DNA of 63,201 nt from Candidatus Zhuqueibacterota bacterium (GTDB taxonomy: Bacteria > BS750m-G25): NCBI GenBank assembly GCA_016783505.1, contig JADHWK010000009.1:1-63201 (forward strand), given 5' to 3'. The translations under genes and the position numbers were made by a program. This document shows, piece after piece, positions 30,080 through 39,798 of this stretch; position 1 is the first letter of the stretch; each line of letters starts with the position of its first letter. The notes under the pieces are model-generated. The model ran no database searches, was not told the DNA's origin, and saw nothing but the letters and a program-made list of their open reading frames with translations.

Positions 30080-31378
30080 CTAAGGTAACCTACCAACGAG
30101 AAATGGATCCCTGACCCCTACTATTCGAACCCGGTAGAGCTCGTTTCCCCTCGCCCCATCCCCATCCAGCAGCACCCGGAGGTAATTATCCGAAAGCCCC
30201 AGGTTGGTCGGGTCATCCCATGATCCCTCAAAAAGAACTGGCAGCACCTGATCCACAAAACGTAATCTATAAGCCTTTCTTTTATCCTTATCCAATTCCC
30301 GCAGGGTGGCACTTCTTTCCTTAATGACTTTCGCCTTGGGGGAAGAAAAGGGGAAATGGGCCGCTTCGGTTAACCGTCGCTCTGAATACCGAAACACGTG
30401 GAGATAATCAATAGGCAGCCTCTCTATCAGTCTCACTGTATGGGAAAAGGCCCTTTCATCTTCTCCGGGAAAACCCACCATCACGTCCAGACCGATCCCC
30501 ACCCCGGGAATCCGGTCCGCTATTTTCCCCACCAGTTCTTGAAAATCTGATTGACGGTAGCCTCTCTTCATGCGTTTCAGGACCCCATCATCGCCACTCT
30601 GAAGGGGCAGGTGAAAATGACGACAGATCTTATCCCCCCCACTGGCCACTAGATCAATCAGCCGGTCTCCCACCTGCCAGGGTTCCAGGGAAGAGAGCCT
30701 TATTCTCACCAAACCTTCCAGTTTCATCAGGGCTTCTAAAAGATCGCACAGATCCCCTCCCTTCCCTTCGGGGGAACGATAATCCCCGATGTTAACCCCG
30801 GTCAAAACGATCTCCCGGTAGCCGTTCTTTACCAGTTTTTGGGCATGGGCTATCGCTTCCCCCAGGGGTAGGCTCCGGCTCCGGCCCCGGGCGTAGGGCA
30901 CAACACAGTAGGAGCAAAAATGATTACAGCCGTCTTGAATCTTCAAAAAGGCCCGGGTTCGGCCCCGACAGTGACACGGATTATCCCACCATAAACCCTG
31001 GGGTCCGTTCTTCCCCCCTATAAAAATTTTGGGGGAAACCCCATCCCCTCGCCTCATATAGTCCAGCAGATGGTTACGTTCAGCAGTGCCTAAGATGAAG
31101 TGAACTCCGGGGATGCGGGCGATCTTTTCTGCCTCCAAATCAGCGTAGCAGCCGGCCACTAAAATTTTTACCCCGGGAAACTCCCGGATGGCCCTTCGGA
31201 TCAACCGCCTCGATTTGCCCTCCGCCTGGGCAGTGACCACACAGGTATTCAGGACACACCAGTCAACGGGGTCGCCAAAATCCACCACCTGAAAACCGGC
31301 TTCCTCAAGCTGCTGCCCCATAAACTGGGTCTCGGCCTGATTCAACTTACACCCGATGGTCGCCAGGGAAACCCTCAT
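30080..31378 (-). CDS. mtaB: tRNA t6A37 methylthiotransferase
   Basis: GCKLNQAET, NTC, KIQDGCNHFCSYC radical SAM motif, ARGRSRS. Confidence 0.9.
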   Translation of the reverse strand: MRVSLATIGCKLNQAETQFMGQQLEEAGFQVVDFGDPVDWCVLNTCVVTAQAEGKSRRLIRRAIREFPGVKILVAGCYADLEAEKIARIPGVHFILGTAERNHLLDYMRRGDGVSPKIFIGGKNGPQGLWWDNPCHCRGRTRAFLKIQDGCNHFCSYCVVPYARGRSRSLPLGEAIAHAQKLVKNGYREIVLTGVNIGDYRSPEGKGGDLCDLLEALMKLEGLVRIRLSSLEPWQVGDRLIDLVASGGDKICRHFHLPLQSGDDGVLKRMKRGYRQSDFQELVGKIADRIPGVGIGLDVMVGFPGEDERAFSHTVRLIERLPIDYLHVFRYSERRLTEAAHFPFSSPKAKVIKERSATLRELDKDKRKAYRLRFVDQVLPVLFEGSWDDPTNLGLSDNYLRVLLDGDGARGNELYRVRIVGVRDPFLVGRLP

Positions 31379-31402
31379 TTCGCCTACCGTGGGAACGAAT
31401 TA

Positions 31403-31594
31403 GTGTCTGTCAGGAAATACCCATATTTTTTGTCATTCCCCGAAGGATCGGGACAAGCCGGCAATCTTTAAGCCGGAATCTACTTTAGATCAGCGATGGA
31501 TTCCCGCTATCGGCCAGGTCCGTCAGGCGCCGGACTGATGCCTAACTGACTCCCGACTGAAAAGCATTCGGGAATGACCAGTTCGGACAGACAC
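31403..31594. mobile_element. 192-bp MITE-like element with terminal inverted repeats and target duplication
   Basis: GTGTCTGTC...GACAGACAC ends, flanked on both sides by GAATTA; internal GTCATTCC...GGAATGAC palindrome. Confidence 0.7.
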
Positions 31595-31623
31595 GAATTA
31601 GTGAAAAGAAAAGGAGCTGGATA

Positions 31624-31729
31624 GACGCCAACTCCTCTGCCTTCAGCCCTCCGGGCAACTGCAACGTTGGAATGCTGACCTACGGTCTGCTGGGAAGGGC
31701 GAAGTACTAATGGCTGAGTAGGAGGCGCC
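31624..31729 (-). ncRNA. Structured RNA resembling the Chlorobi-1 / 6S-Flavo motif (6S-like)
   Basis: GGCGCC..CTCAGCCATTAGTACTTCGCCCTTCC..CAGCATTCC..TTGCAGTTGCCC..GGCAGAGGA..GGCGTC; complementary ends; TATAAT just upstream; family match is from recall. Confidence 0.65.
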
Positions 31730-31795
31730 AAGGACAAATATTATACAACATTCTATAATGGCAATTCTAATAAGTTCCGGGATTTAAACGCTCCG

Positions 31796-34099
31796 TTAAT
31801 TTTCCACCGTATCCGCTTCATCCTTCCCCACATCGGGCCCCTCTACTACATCGCCCCCAGTATCTGTCTTTTTCTCTTCAACAGGGGGCTTTTTCTTCTG
31901 TTTCACGGGCTTTTTCTTCCGTTTTCCGGGCTTTTCTTCAGATTCAACAGCCTGAATTTCCTGCTGGGGAAACACCTTATCTTTCTTCGGGACAGTTTTC
32001 CCGGATTCCTGGGGTTGGATTTCCGCTTCCTCAGCGGATTTAGCTTCAGCCTGGATTTCTTCCTGCGGGGGTTCCCCTTCTCCCTTTGGGACAGCTTCTA
32101 CAGATTCCTGTGGTTTTGTTTCCGCTTTCTCGACGGGTTTGACTTCAGCCTGGATTTCTTCCTGCGGGGGTTCCCCTTCTCCCTTTGGGACAGCTTCTAA
32201 AGATTCCTGTGTTTTAGTTTCCGCTTCCTCGACGGGTTTGACTTCAGCCCGGATTTCTTTTTCGGCCTGCAGCTCTCGATATTTTTTGAGTTCCTCTTTA
32301 TCCATTTCTTTCTCAGCAGCGATAACAGAGAGAACGATCCGTTTATTCTCCTTATCAAATTCAATAACCTTCAGGGGAATGGTTTGTTCCACTTCCGGGA
32401 CTTTCACTGTTCGGGTTTGATCCAGGTGGGGCAGTTGGGACTTGGGCACAAATCCTTCTACTTCTAAGGGGAGGCGGACGATGATACCCTTCTCAATCTG
32501 TCTCACCACTTTCCCCTCGGTCACCCCACCCACCGGATATTTCTCCTCAAAAACATCCCAGGGGTTTTCCTGGATCTGCTTATAGCCCAGGGCGATCCTT
32601 CGCTCCCTCCGTTCCATTCCCAGTATAACCACCTCGATCTCATCTCCCTTTTTGAGGATCTCACCGGGATGCCTGACCTTTTTGGTCCAGGAGAGATCAG
32701 ATATGTGCACCAGTCCCTCTATACCTTCCTCCAGTTCAACGAAAGCACCGAAGGGCACCAGGTCTTTAACCAACCCCTTATGTCTGGTGCTGGGGGCGTA
32801 TTTCTTCTCTATTCCTTCCCATGGATCGGGCTCCAACTGCTTAAGTCCAAGGGAAATCTTCCGTCCCTCCTTGTTTATGCTCAGGATAATGGCCTCCACC
32901 AACTCCCCGATGGAGAGAACAGCAGATGGATGTTTGATATGCTGGGTCCATGACATCTCCGAGATATGAATTAAGCCCTCGATGCCCTTTTCCAATTGTA
33001 CGAACGCCCCGTAATTAGCGATGCTTACTACTTTTCCGGTTATCCGTTGGCCCACCTCATATTTCTCGCCAATCCCCTCCCAGGGATGGGGCTGAAGCTG
33101 TTTAAGCCCCACAGAGATCCGCTGCCTCTCCTTATCAAAGTTCAGCACCTTTACCTGAATTTTCTCATCCAAGGATACTATCTCAGAGGGATGTGAGACC
33201 CGGCCCCAGGAAAGATCGGTAATATGAAGTAATCCGTCAATGCCCCCCAGGTCAACAAAGGCCCCGAAATCGGTGATATTCTTGACCACCACTTCCCGCA
33301 TCTGACCCACCTCTAACTCGGACAGAATCTTCTCCCGCAGACCCTTCATGCTCTCTTCGAGGAGGACCTTCCGGGAGAGGACGATGTTCCGGCGTGCCTC
33401 GTTGATGTTGACGATCCGGAAATCCATGGTCTTCCCGATGGGCTCATCAAAGTCCCGCACCGGGCGAATGTCAATCTGGGATCCGGGCAGGAAGGCGTCT
33501 AAGCCCATAAGGTCTACCACAATACCCCCCTTGATGCGGCGGATGCATTTCCCCTGAACCACCTCGTTATTGCGATATTTTTCCTGAACCTTCTCCCATA
33601 ACCGAATGAAGTCCGCCTTTCCCTTGGACAGGACCAGCTCCCCGTCCTCCCCCTCAATCCGATCGAGGAAGACCTCCACGTCATCCCCGATACTCAAGGA
33701 CTCGGGGTTATCGAACTCCTCGATGGGAATGAGGCCCTCGGACTTAAACCCGATGTCCACTGCCACCTCACGGTCGTTGATGGTGATTATCTTTCCAGAG
33801 ACGATCTCCCCTTCTTTAATCTCCCTCATGGTGCTTTCATACAACCTTTCCATCTCCTGCACCTCATCCAGCAGAGCCGGTTTTTCCTCGGCTGCGGGTT
33901 CGGCTTCGTCCTGCCCAGCAGGGGAAACCGACTCTTCCCCTTCCCCCCGAGCTGGAACCAATCCCGGGGATTCCTCTTTTTCGGCCCCTGCCGCTTCGGT
34001 TTGATTCTGTAAAGCTTCCCTTCCCTGATCCGAAACATCTATTTCGGCTTTTTCGGATTCTTCAGATGTGGTCTCTTCATCTTTTTTTTCTTCATCCAT
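31796..34099 (-). CDS. rpsA: 30S ribosomal protein S1 with acidic N- and C-terminal extensions
   Basis: Six S1 domains (DIGFKSEG, FGAFVDLGGIDGLLHITD); AAGGAGG RBS before ATG 34099. Confidence 0.96.
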   Translation of the reverse strand: MDEEKKDEETTSEESEKAEIDVSDQGREALQNQTEAAGAEKEESPGLVPARGEGEESVSPAGQDEAEPAAEEKPALLDEVQEMERLYESTMREIKEGEIVSGKIITINDREVAVDIGFKSEGLIPIEEFDNPESLSIGDDVEVFLDRIEGEDGELVLSKGKADFIRLWEKVQEKYRNNEVVQGKCIRRIKGGIVVDLMGLDAFLPGSQIDIRPVRDFDEPIGKTMDFRIVNINEARRNIVLSRKVLLEESMKGLREKILSELEVGQMREVVVKNITDFGAFVDLGGIDGLLHITDLSWGRVSHPSEIVSLDEKIQVKVLNFDKERQRISVGLKQLQPHPWEGIGEKYEVGQRITGKVVSIANYGAFVQLEKGIEGLIHISEMSWTQHIKHPSAVLSIGELVEAIILSINKEGRKISLGLKQLEPDPWEGIEKKYAPSTRHKGLVKDLVPFGAFVELEEGIEGLVHISDLSWTKKVRHPGEILKKGDEIEVVILGMERRERRIALGYKQIQENPWDVFEEKYPVGGVTEGKVVRQIEKGIIVRLPLEVEGFVPKSQLPHLDQTRTVKVPEVEQTIPLKVIEFDKENKRIVLSVIAAEKEMDKEELKKYRELQAEKEIRAEVKPVEEAETKTQESLEAVPKGEGEPPQEEIQAEVKPVEKAETKPQESVEAVPKGEGEPPQEEIQAEAKSAEEAEIQPQESGKTVPKKDKVFPQQEIQAVESEEKPGKRKKKPVKQKKKPPVEEKKTDTGGDVVEGPDVGKDEADTVEN
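31945..32258 (-). repeat. 99-bp (33-aa) tandem repeat, about 3 copies, in the rpsA 3' end
   Basis: CTGGATTTCTTCCTGCGGGGG at 32051 and 32150; unit EIxAEVKPVEx AETKxQESxEAVPKGEGEPPQE. Confidence 0.9.
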
Positions 34100-34116
34100 A
34101 AATTCACAGCCTCCTT

Positions 34117-34962
34117 TCATCCTCTATTTGGTTTGATTTGACGAATATATTCTTTAGCCCGCATAATCTGCCACATGGGGGTTGAGGCACTTCCCGAGAT
34201 CCCTACGCTCTGGGAATCCCCAAACCATTCATCCCGGATTTCGTCCACATCTTCAACAAAATAGGATGAAGGATTGGCGGACCTACAAGCCTTATACAGA
34301 AACCTGGTATTGGAACTGTTTTTCCCGCCGATAAAAACGATGGTATCGCAGCAGCGGGCGAATTGTCGCAAGCTTTTCTCCCTCTCGCCTACAAAACCGC
34401 AGATGGTATTGTAAATCTTCAAATCACCTACCCTTTTTTCCATTAACCTTCTTATCCGATGGAATATCGCAGGTGACACCGTGGTCTGGGCAATGAGTAG
34501 CGTTTTTTTTCGAATATTAACTATTTCAAGATCGGAAGGCTTCAGCACCACCATACCTTGACCGTTACAGTAACTCAACAGGCCCTTCACTTCCGGATGT
34601 TCCCGCTTCCCCACAATGACAATTTGATATCCCTTTATAAAGGCCTGATCCACGATTAGCTGGGATCGTTTGACAAGGGGACAGGTGGCGTTGGTAACTT
34701 GAATGCCCAGCCTGCTGGCCTGCTCGAAGATCTCCTTCCCCTCCCCATGCGTCCGGATAAACAGCCTCTTATTTTTTATGGGTTCCAGTTCCTCGGTTAC
34801 CATAAGTCCCTTCTGATGAAGCCTGTTCATCTCTAACCGGTTATGGATGAGTTCCCCCCGGACATAGATCTCCCCGTCCCGATCCAGTTCCTCCTCAATC
34901 AATTTTATGGCCCGGGTAACCCCCCTGCAAAAACCAGCCCCCTCATCAACCACCACCTTCAT
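34117..34962 (-). CDS. ispH: 4-hydroxy-3-methylbut-2-enyl diphosphate reductase
   Basis: GFCRGV, ATCPLV, NTIC, GGKNSSNT, GSASTP. Confidence 0.93.
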   Translation of the reverse strand: MKVVVDEGAGFCRGVTRAIKLIEEELDRDGEIYVRGELIHNRLEMNRLHQKGLMVTEELEPIKNKRLFIRTHGEGKEIFEQASRLGIQVTNATCPLVKRSQLIVDQAFIKGYQIVIVGKREHPEVKGLLSYCNGQGMVVLKPSDLEIVNIRKKTLLIAQTTVSPAIFHRIRRLMEKRVGDLKIYNTICGFVGEREKSLRQFARCCDTIVFIGGKNSSNTRFLYKACRSANPSSYFVEDVDEIRDEWFGDSQSVGISGSASTPMWQIMRAKEYIRQIKPNRG

Positions 34963-35563
34963 GACCCATCCCTTCTATTTTCTCCCATACCGTCTGACTG
35001 ATCTTCTGATAGAGGTCCTTTTTGTTCATGTTCTCGTTCTTGGACTCATAAACCGAAATTTTGGGTCCGAATCTTACCCATATCCTCTGGCGGGAGAAGG
35101 GACTCCACCGGAGTTTATGGGTTCCGATAACCCGGACAGGCACGATGTCAGCACCGCTTCGCAGGGCGATCATCCCCACCCCGGCTTTAAATCCCTGCAA
35201 GCGACCATCGGGACTCCGCCCCCCCTCCGGGAAAAGAATCAAGGCTCGCCCTTTTTCTAACATACGGTAGGCGGTGCGAATGGCACCAATGTCGGCGATG
35301 GACCGATTAATGGGAACGGTATTAAGCTTTCTGATGACTCCCCGTAAAATCGGTATCCGAAAGAGCTCCTCTTTGGCCAGATAATAAAGCTCCCGGTGGG
35401 CAGCAGCCCCGATCACCGGCGGATCGGCCAACGAGGGATGATTGGCCGCAAGAATTACCCTCCCTTTTCTGGGAAGGTTCTCCAGACCGCTGACCCGGAA
35501 ATCATAGAACATCCTAAGCAGGGAACGAACCACAAATTGGGATAAGCGATAAAAAAATTCCAT
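34946..35563 (-). CDS. plsC: 1-acyl-sn-glycerol-3-phosphate acyltransferase
   Basis: NHPSLAD, FPEGGRS. Confidence 0.88.
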   Translation of the reverse strand: MEFFYRLSQFVVRSLLRMFYDFRVSGLENLPRKGRVILAANHPSLADPPVIGAAAHRELYYLAKEELFRIPILRGVIRKLNTVPINRSIADIGAIRTAYRMLEKGRALILFPEGGRSPDGRLQGFKAGVGMIALRSGADIVPVRVIGTHKLRWSPFSRQRIWVRFGPKISVYESKNENMNKKDLYQKISQTVWEKIEGMGHEGGG

Positions 35564-35567
35564 AGAA

Positions 35568-36257
35568 CTATCCCTTCTGGGCTGCCTTGGCCTCCCGGAC
35601 CTTTTCGAGCACGAAGTTCACCTGCTCCTCAATAGTCAACCCCGAGGTATCCACATGAATGGCGCCCGGGGCCGCCTTCAGTGGGCTTTGTTTCCGTTCT
35701 GAGTCCCTTCGATCGCGACGATCTATTCCAGTTGCTATTGACTGGGAATCCTCCTTCAGTCCCTTCCGTTCCCACTCCTGCCGGCGGCGTCGGGTCCTTA
35801 CCTTTAGGGAGGCGTCCATAAAAATCTTCATGTCGGCGTCGGGGAAAACCACCGTCCCGATGTCCCTCCCTTCCACAACCACTCCCCCATCCTTCCCCCA
35901 CTGTCGCTGCAGGTCCACCAACTTTTCTCGCACCTGGGGTATTTCACAAACAGGCCCCACATAGGCGGTGACCTCTGGACTACGGATAGGGTCGGTGACA
36001 TCTTCCCCGTCTAAGAAGGTCCGAGCCCCGCTATTGGCTATCACCTGACTGATATCGGTTTCCTGGAGCACCCTTACCACCGCTTCCTGGTCATCCAGGG
36101 GCAAGGATTGACGCATAAATTTTAAGGCCACCGCTCGGTACATAGCCCCGGTGTCCACATACCGATAGCCCAAATCCCGGGCCACCCTTCGGGCGGTGGT
36201 GCTCTTCCCCGAGGCGGCGGTCCCGTCAATAGCGATAATCAATCCCCTGCGTCCCAT
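35568..36257 (-). CDS. cmk: Cytidylate kinase
   Basis: IAIDGTAASGKST, DTGAMYR, EGRDIGT. Confidence 0.96.
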   Translation of the reverse strand: MGRRGLIIAIDGTAASGKSTTARRVARDLGYRYVDTGAMYRAVALKFMRQSLPLDDQEAVVRVLQETDISQVIANSGARTFLDGEDVTDPIRSPEVTAYVGPVCEIPQVREKLVDLQRQWGKDGGVVVEGRDIGTVVFPDADMKIFMDASLKVRTRRRRQEWERKGLKEDSQSIATGIDRRDRRDSERKQSPLKAAPGAIHVDTSGLTIEEQVNFVLEKVREAKAAQKG

Positions 36258-36326
36258 CTCTTCAAAACTGTAATATTGGAATGTTTGTAGAATATCTGTG
36301 ACATTACAGCGAACTTTAACGTCAAA

Positions 36327-37670
36327 TTAGACGGGATGATCCTCTTCAAATCGCCTGAGCCTAAAGTCAAGCCTCTCAAACTCCTCCTTCGGGGTGGTGG
36401 AAACACAAATTCTTAAGCCCTCACCCCGGGTGCTCCCCGTAATCTGAAGGGTGATGGAGCTGATACCGTAGTAGAGCAATTCCTCCAGCAACTGGGCTCC
36501 CGAAAATCCTGGGTAGCTGCAGGTAAAATAAAATCCGTCCGCCAAAGGTTCCCCAATATCGTTATCATAGACCAGATGAAACCCGTGGTCGAGGAATGCC
36601 TTTTTGAAAACCCTGGCCCTTTGGGCATACTCTTTAACCGGTGCCAGGAAATCATACTCCCCCCGGTTAGCTTTCTCCAGCATAGCCGCCAGCCCGTGCT
36701 GGGCGGAATGGGCCACCCCCGATGTGAGGGGATAAATCCCCCCGTGGAGGAAGGCGGTACCTACCCTTTCTTTACCGAAATTTTTTTCCAAATTGGGAAA
36801 CTTCTTTTCAATGAACTTCGGGGAAATAACCGTCACCGCCACCCGCTGGCCGGCATAACTGAAGATCTTGGACGAACTGATAATCATGAAATAATAGTTC
36901 GTGTAGCGGGCGATGGTGGGATTAAATGGGGCCCGACCGGGCTGGCCGTAGTTGGCCCGAAAATCCATTCCAAAATAGGCCAGGTCCTCAATGGCCACCA
37001 CCTTATACCGATTGAAAAGCTCCCCCATCCCCTTCAGTTCCTCTTCCTGAAGACATATCCAGGTGGGATTGTTGGGACTGGACCACATCACCCCCCCGAC
37101 ATCACCCCGGCTCAAGCGCTGATCCAGGGCCTCAATTAATCTTTCCCCCCGGAGATCGTAAAAATCAATGGAGTCGGACTGAAGCCCCAGAAACCGGTTT
37201 TGAATCTTGTTGACCGGAAACCCGGGGTCCAAAAAGAGGATGGTGTCCCTCCCCTCCTGCAGGCGCCCGGCAATGGCCTGGGCCAAAAGTCCCCCCTGCA
37301 TAGCCCCGCAGGTAGGGAAACAGCACTCCGGTGAAATATCAATATTGATGAAATTTTTGACAAATTCAGCGGCCGCCTTTTTCAGCCGGGGAATCCCATC
37401 GAAGGGGGGATAAAACTGGGGAACACCCATTTCCCGTAACGCTTCCACCTCAGCTTCAATCCCGATGGGACAGGGGGGCAGGCCGGGAATACCGAATTCC
37501 ATCCGGATAAACTTCACTCCTAATCTTTTCTCAATGGTGGTTACGATCTGATTTATCTCACGGATGGAGGCGCGGCCAATCTCAACATCGAACCTTTCGA
37601 GAATATTTGAAATAACGTCTCTATCGAAAGGGACTTCATCTTGTCTGACCGTGATTCTCACCGATTCCAT
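36327..37670 (-). CDS. PLP-dependent aminotransferase class I/II
   Basis: SPNNPTW, EDLAY, SSSKIFSYAGQR. Confidence 0.88.
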   Translation of the reverse strand: MESVRITVRQDEVPFDRDVISNILERFDVEIGRASIREINQIVTTIEKRLGVKFIRMEFGIPGLPPCPIGIEAEVEALREMGVPQFYPPFDGIPRLKKAAAEFVKNFINIDISPECCFPTCGAMQGGLLAQAIAGRLQEGRDTILFLDPGFPVNKIQNRFLGLQSDSIDFYDLRGERLIEALDQRLSRGDVGGVMWSSPNNPTWICLQEEELKGMGELFNRYKVVAIEDLAYFGMDFRANYGQPGRAPFNPTIARYTNYYFMIISSSKIFSYAGQRVAVTVISPKFIEKKFPNLEKNFGKERVGTAFLHGGIYPLTSGVAHSAQHGLAAMLEKANRGEYDFLAPVKEYAQRARVFKKAFLDHGFHLVYDNDIGEPLADGFYFTCSYPGFSGAQLLEELLYYGISSITLQITGSTRGEGLRICVSTTPKEEFERLDFRLRRFEEDHPV

Positions 37671-37672
37671 AA

Positions 37673-38389
37673 TTAGAGTCCTACGCTTTTTCTTAATTTA
37701 TCCATCTCTTCCGCGTTTAAAACCCGCCATTCCCCTGTAGCCATCCCCACGCCGGTCAACCCGGCGAAGACGGTTCGCTTCAGGCTCAAGACCCCATAGC
37801 CCAGGGCCGCAAACATCCTTTTTATCTGTCTTTTTCTCCCTTCATGCAGGTGCAATTCGACCCAGCATCCAACCCGGTTTCGCCCCCCCTTGAAGTCAGC
37901 CTCACAGGGGGCAGTTTTTTTGTCACCAAGCAGGATTCCATTTCTAATTATCTCTAAATCCTTAACTTCCGGTTCCCTGTCCAACAACACCCGATACACC
38001 TTTTCCACTTCAAATCGGGGATGGGTCAGGCGAAAGGCCAAATCCCCGTCGTTGGTCAACAGCAGAACCCCTTCGGTATCCAGGTCCAGACGACCTATCG
38101 GGAACAGTCGCTCCGGGCGTCCGACCAGATCAACCACTGTAGACCGATCCCAATCATCCCTGACCGTGCAAAGAACACCCTGGGGTTTGTTCAGCAGGAT
38201 GGTAACGGGCGGCCCCGGTTCTATGATGACCTGGCCTTCTAAGGAAACCCCATCCTTCTCCCCATCCACCTGTGTCCCCGGTTCCCGCACCACCTTCCCG
38301 TTTATGGAAACCCGCCCTTGGCGGATAATCCGGTCGCATTCCCGACGGGAAGCCACCCCAGTCTGGGCCAAAAATCTATTGAGACGCAT
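37673..38389 (-). CDS. rluB: rRNA pseudouridine synthase (RluB/RsuA family)
   Basis: S4 domain, GRLDLDTEG, HEGRKRQIKRM; follows scpAB. Confidence 0.85.
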   Translation of the reverse strand: MRLNRFLAQTGVASRRECDRIIRQGRVSINGKVVREPGTQVDGEKDGVSLEGQVIIEPGPPVTILLNKPQGVLCTVRDDWDRSTVVDLVGRPERLFPIGRLDLDTEGVLLLTNDGDLAFRLTHPRFEVEKVYRVLLDREPEVKDLEIIRNGILLGDKKTAPCEADFKGGRNRVGCWVELHLHEGRKRQIKRMFAALGYGVLSLKRTVFAGLTGVGMATGEWRVLNAEEMDKLRKSVGL

Positions 38390-38927
38390 CCGGTCGCACC
38401 ACCTCCTTTAGGGTGGGCAAGTCCTCAATCCGATCCAGTCCGAAATAGCGCAGGAACTCCCGGCTAGTGGCATAGAGCAAAGGCCGGCCCAAACCGGGCT
38501 GGCGCCCGGCTATTCGGATCAGGTTCCGCTCCAGGAGGGTAGCCAGAACCCCATCCACCCCCACCCCCCTGATGGCCTCTATCCCGACCCTGATAATGGG
38601 CTGGCGGTAGGCGATGATGGCCACCGTCTCCAGGGCGGCACGGGAGAGACGGGTCCGGGACCGACCCTTATACAGTCTGGACGCCCAGTCGCCGTATTCC
38701 TTCCGGGTAACCATCTGATACCCCTGAGCCACCCGAATAATTTCGAAAGAACGGCCTTCCTTTCGATATTCATCGTTCAGAGCGGCAACACAGGATCGGA
38801 TTTGGGGACCATCAAGCCCATTGCCGACGATCTCTTTTAACTTGGCTTCAGACAAGGGCACGTCGGAAACAAAGATTAGGGCCTCTATGATGGGCTTAAG
38901 ATCGTCCTTACCGTCCATGGCCGTCAT
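38376..38927 (-). CDS. scpB: SMC-Scp complex subunit ScpB
   Basis: LSRAALETVAIIAYRQP, IRGV, FLRYFGL. Confidence 0.95.
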   Translation of the reverse strand: MTAMDGKDDLKPIIEALIFVSDVPLSEAKLKEIVGNGLDGPQIRSCVAALNDEYRKEGRSFEIIRVAQGYQMVTRKEYGDWASRLYKGRSRTRLSRAALETVAIIAYRQPIIRVGIEAIRGVGVDGVLATLLERNLIRIAGRQPGLGRPLLYATSREFLRYFGLDRIEDLPTLKEVVRPDASQ

Positions 38928-38933
38928 TTCCCC

Positions 38934-39641
38934 CTACCGCCGTTGAATCCAGAAATCGCTGTATAATTTCCGCTGCCTGACCACGATCTGACCCCGTTTC
39001 ATCAGCTCCAATATAGCCAGAAAGGTCACGATTAAGACCAGCTTCCGCGCCTCGCCAGCGATCAACTCGGAAAATGCACACCTGTCTCGATCCTTCATAA
39101 AACCAATGATGTAGGCCATCCGCTGATCAACGGTTACATCTACCTTCTTCACCGAATGGGGGGATAAAGGGGGGGGCACATTTTTTAGCGCCTCATGAAA
39201 AACGGAGATCATATCAAAAAGGGTGAATTCCCCTTCTAAATCCCCTTCGCTATCCCGGACTGTCGCATCAAAGAAGGCCCGGGGAAAAATTTTTCTTTGT
39301 TCTTCCTCAAAACTGGAAAGTGCCGATGACGCTTCTTTGAATTTCTGATATTCTACCAGCCTTTTGACCAGCTCTGTCCGGGGGTCCTCAATCTCCTCCG
39401 CAGCAACAGATGGGGAGGGCAGGAGCGTTTGCACCTTGATCTGGATCAAGATGGCGGCCATGAGGATGAACTCACCCGCCATCTCCAGGTCCAGGGTTTG
39501 CATCAACTCAATATATTCCAGATACTGTTTCGTGATCAGGGCGATGGGGATGTCATAAATGTCTATCTCGTTTTCCTTGATCAGAAACAGGAGCAAATCT
39601 AAGGGACCTTCAAATTTTTCTAATTTGATTTGATAGGACAC
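38934..39641 (-). CDS. scpA: Segregation/condensation protein ScpA
   Basis: FEGPLDLLLFLI, TFLAILEL. Confidence 0.95.
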   Translation of the reverse strand: MSYQIKLEKFEGPLDLLLFLIKENEIDIYDIPIALITKQYLEYIELMQTLDLEMAGEFILMAAILIQIKVQTLLPSPSVAAEEIEDPRTELVKRLVEYQKFKEASSALSSFEEEQRKIFPRAFFDATVRDSEGDLEGEFTLFDMISVFHEALKNVPPPLSPHSVKKVDVTVDQRMAYIIGFMKDRDRCAFSELIAGEARKLVLIVTFLAILELMKRGQIVVRQRKLYSDFWIQRR

Positions 39642-39798
39642 CTATAATCCTCCCAGGCTTTTTCAAAACTTTCTGAGCAGTCGGATATGTCCGAAAATCA
39701 CGAAGGTTTGGGGCATTTAGGACCTACGCGACTTAATCTGTCTTCTGCATTATGATTTCTTTATGCCTCTCGATTTGCTAAGTAAAAACATGCCCTAT

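Noticed and set aside
31624..31729. SRP RNA (ffs)
   Set aside because: CAGACCGTAGGTCAGCA only loosely resembles helix 8 and lacks the GNRA loop geometry; the Chlorobi-1/6S-Flavo blocks fit better.
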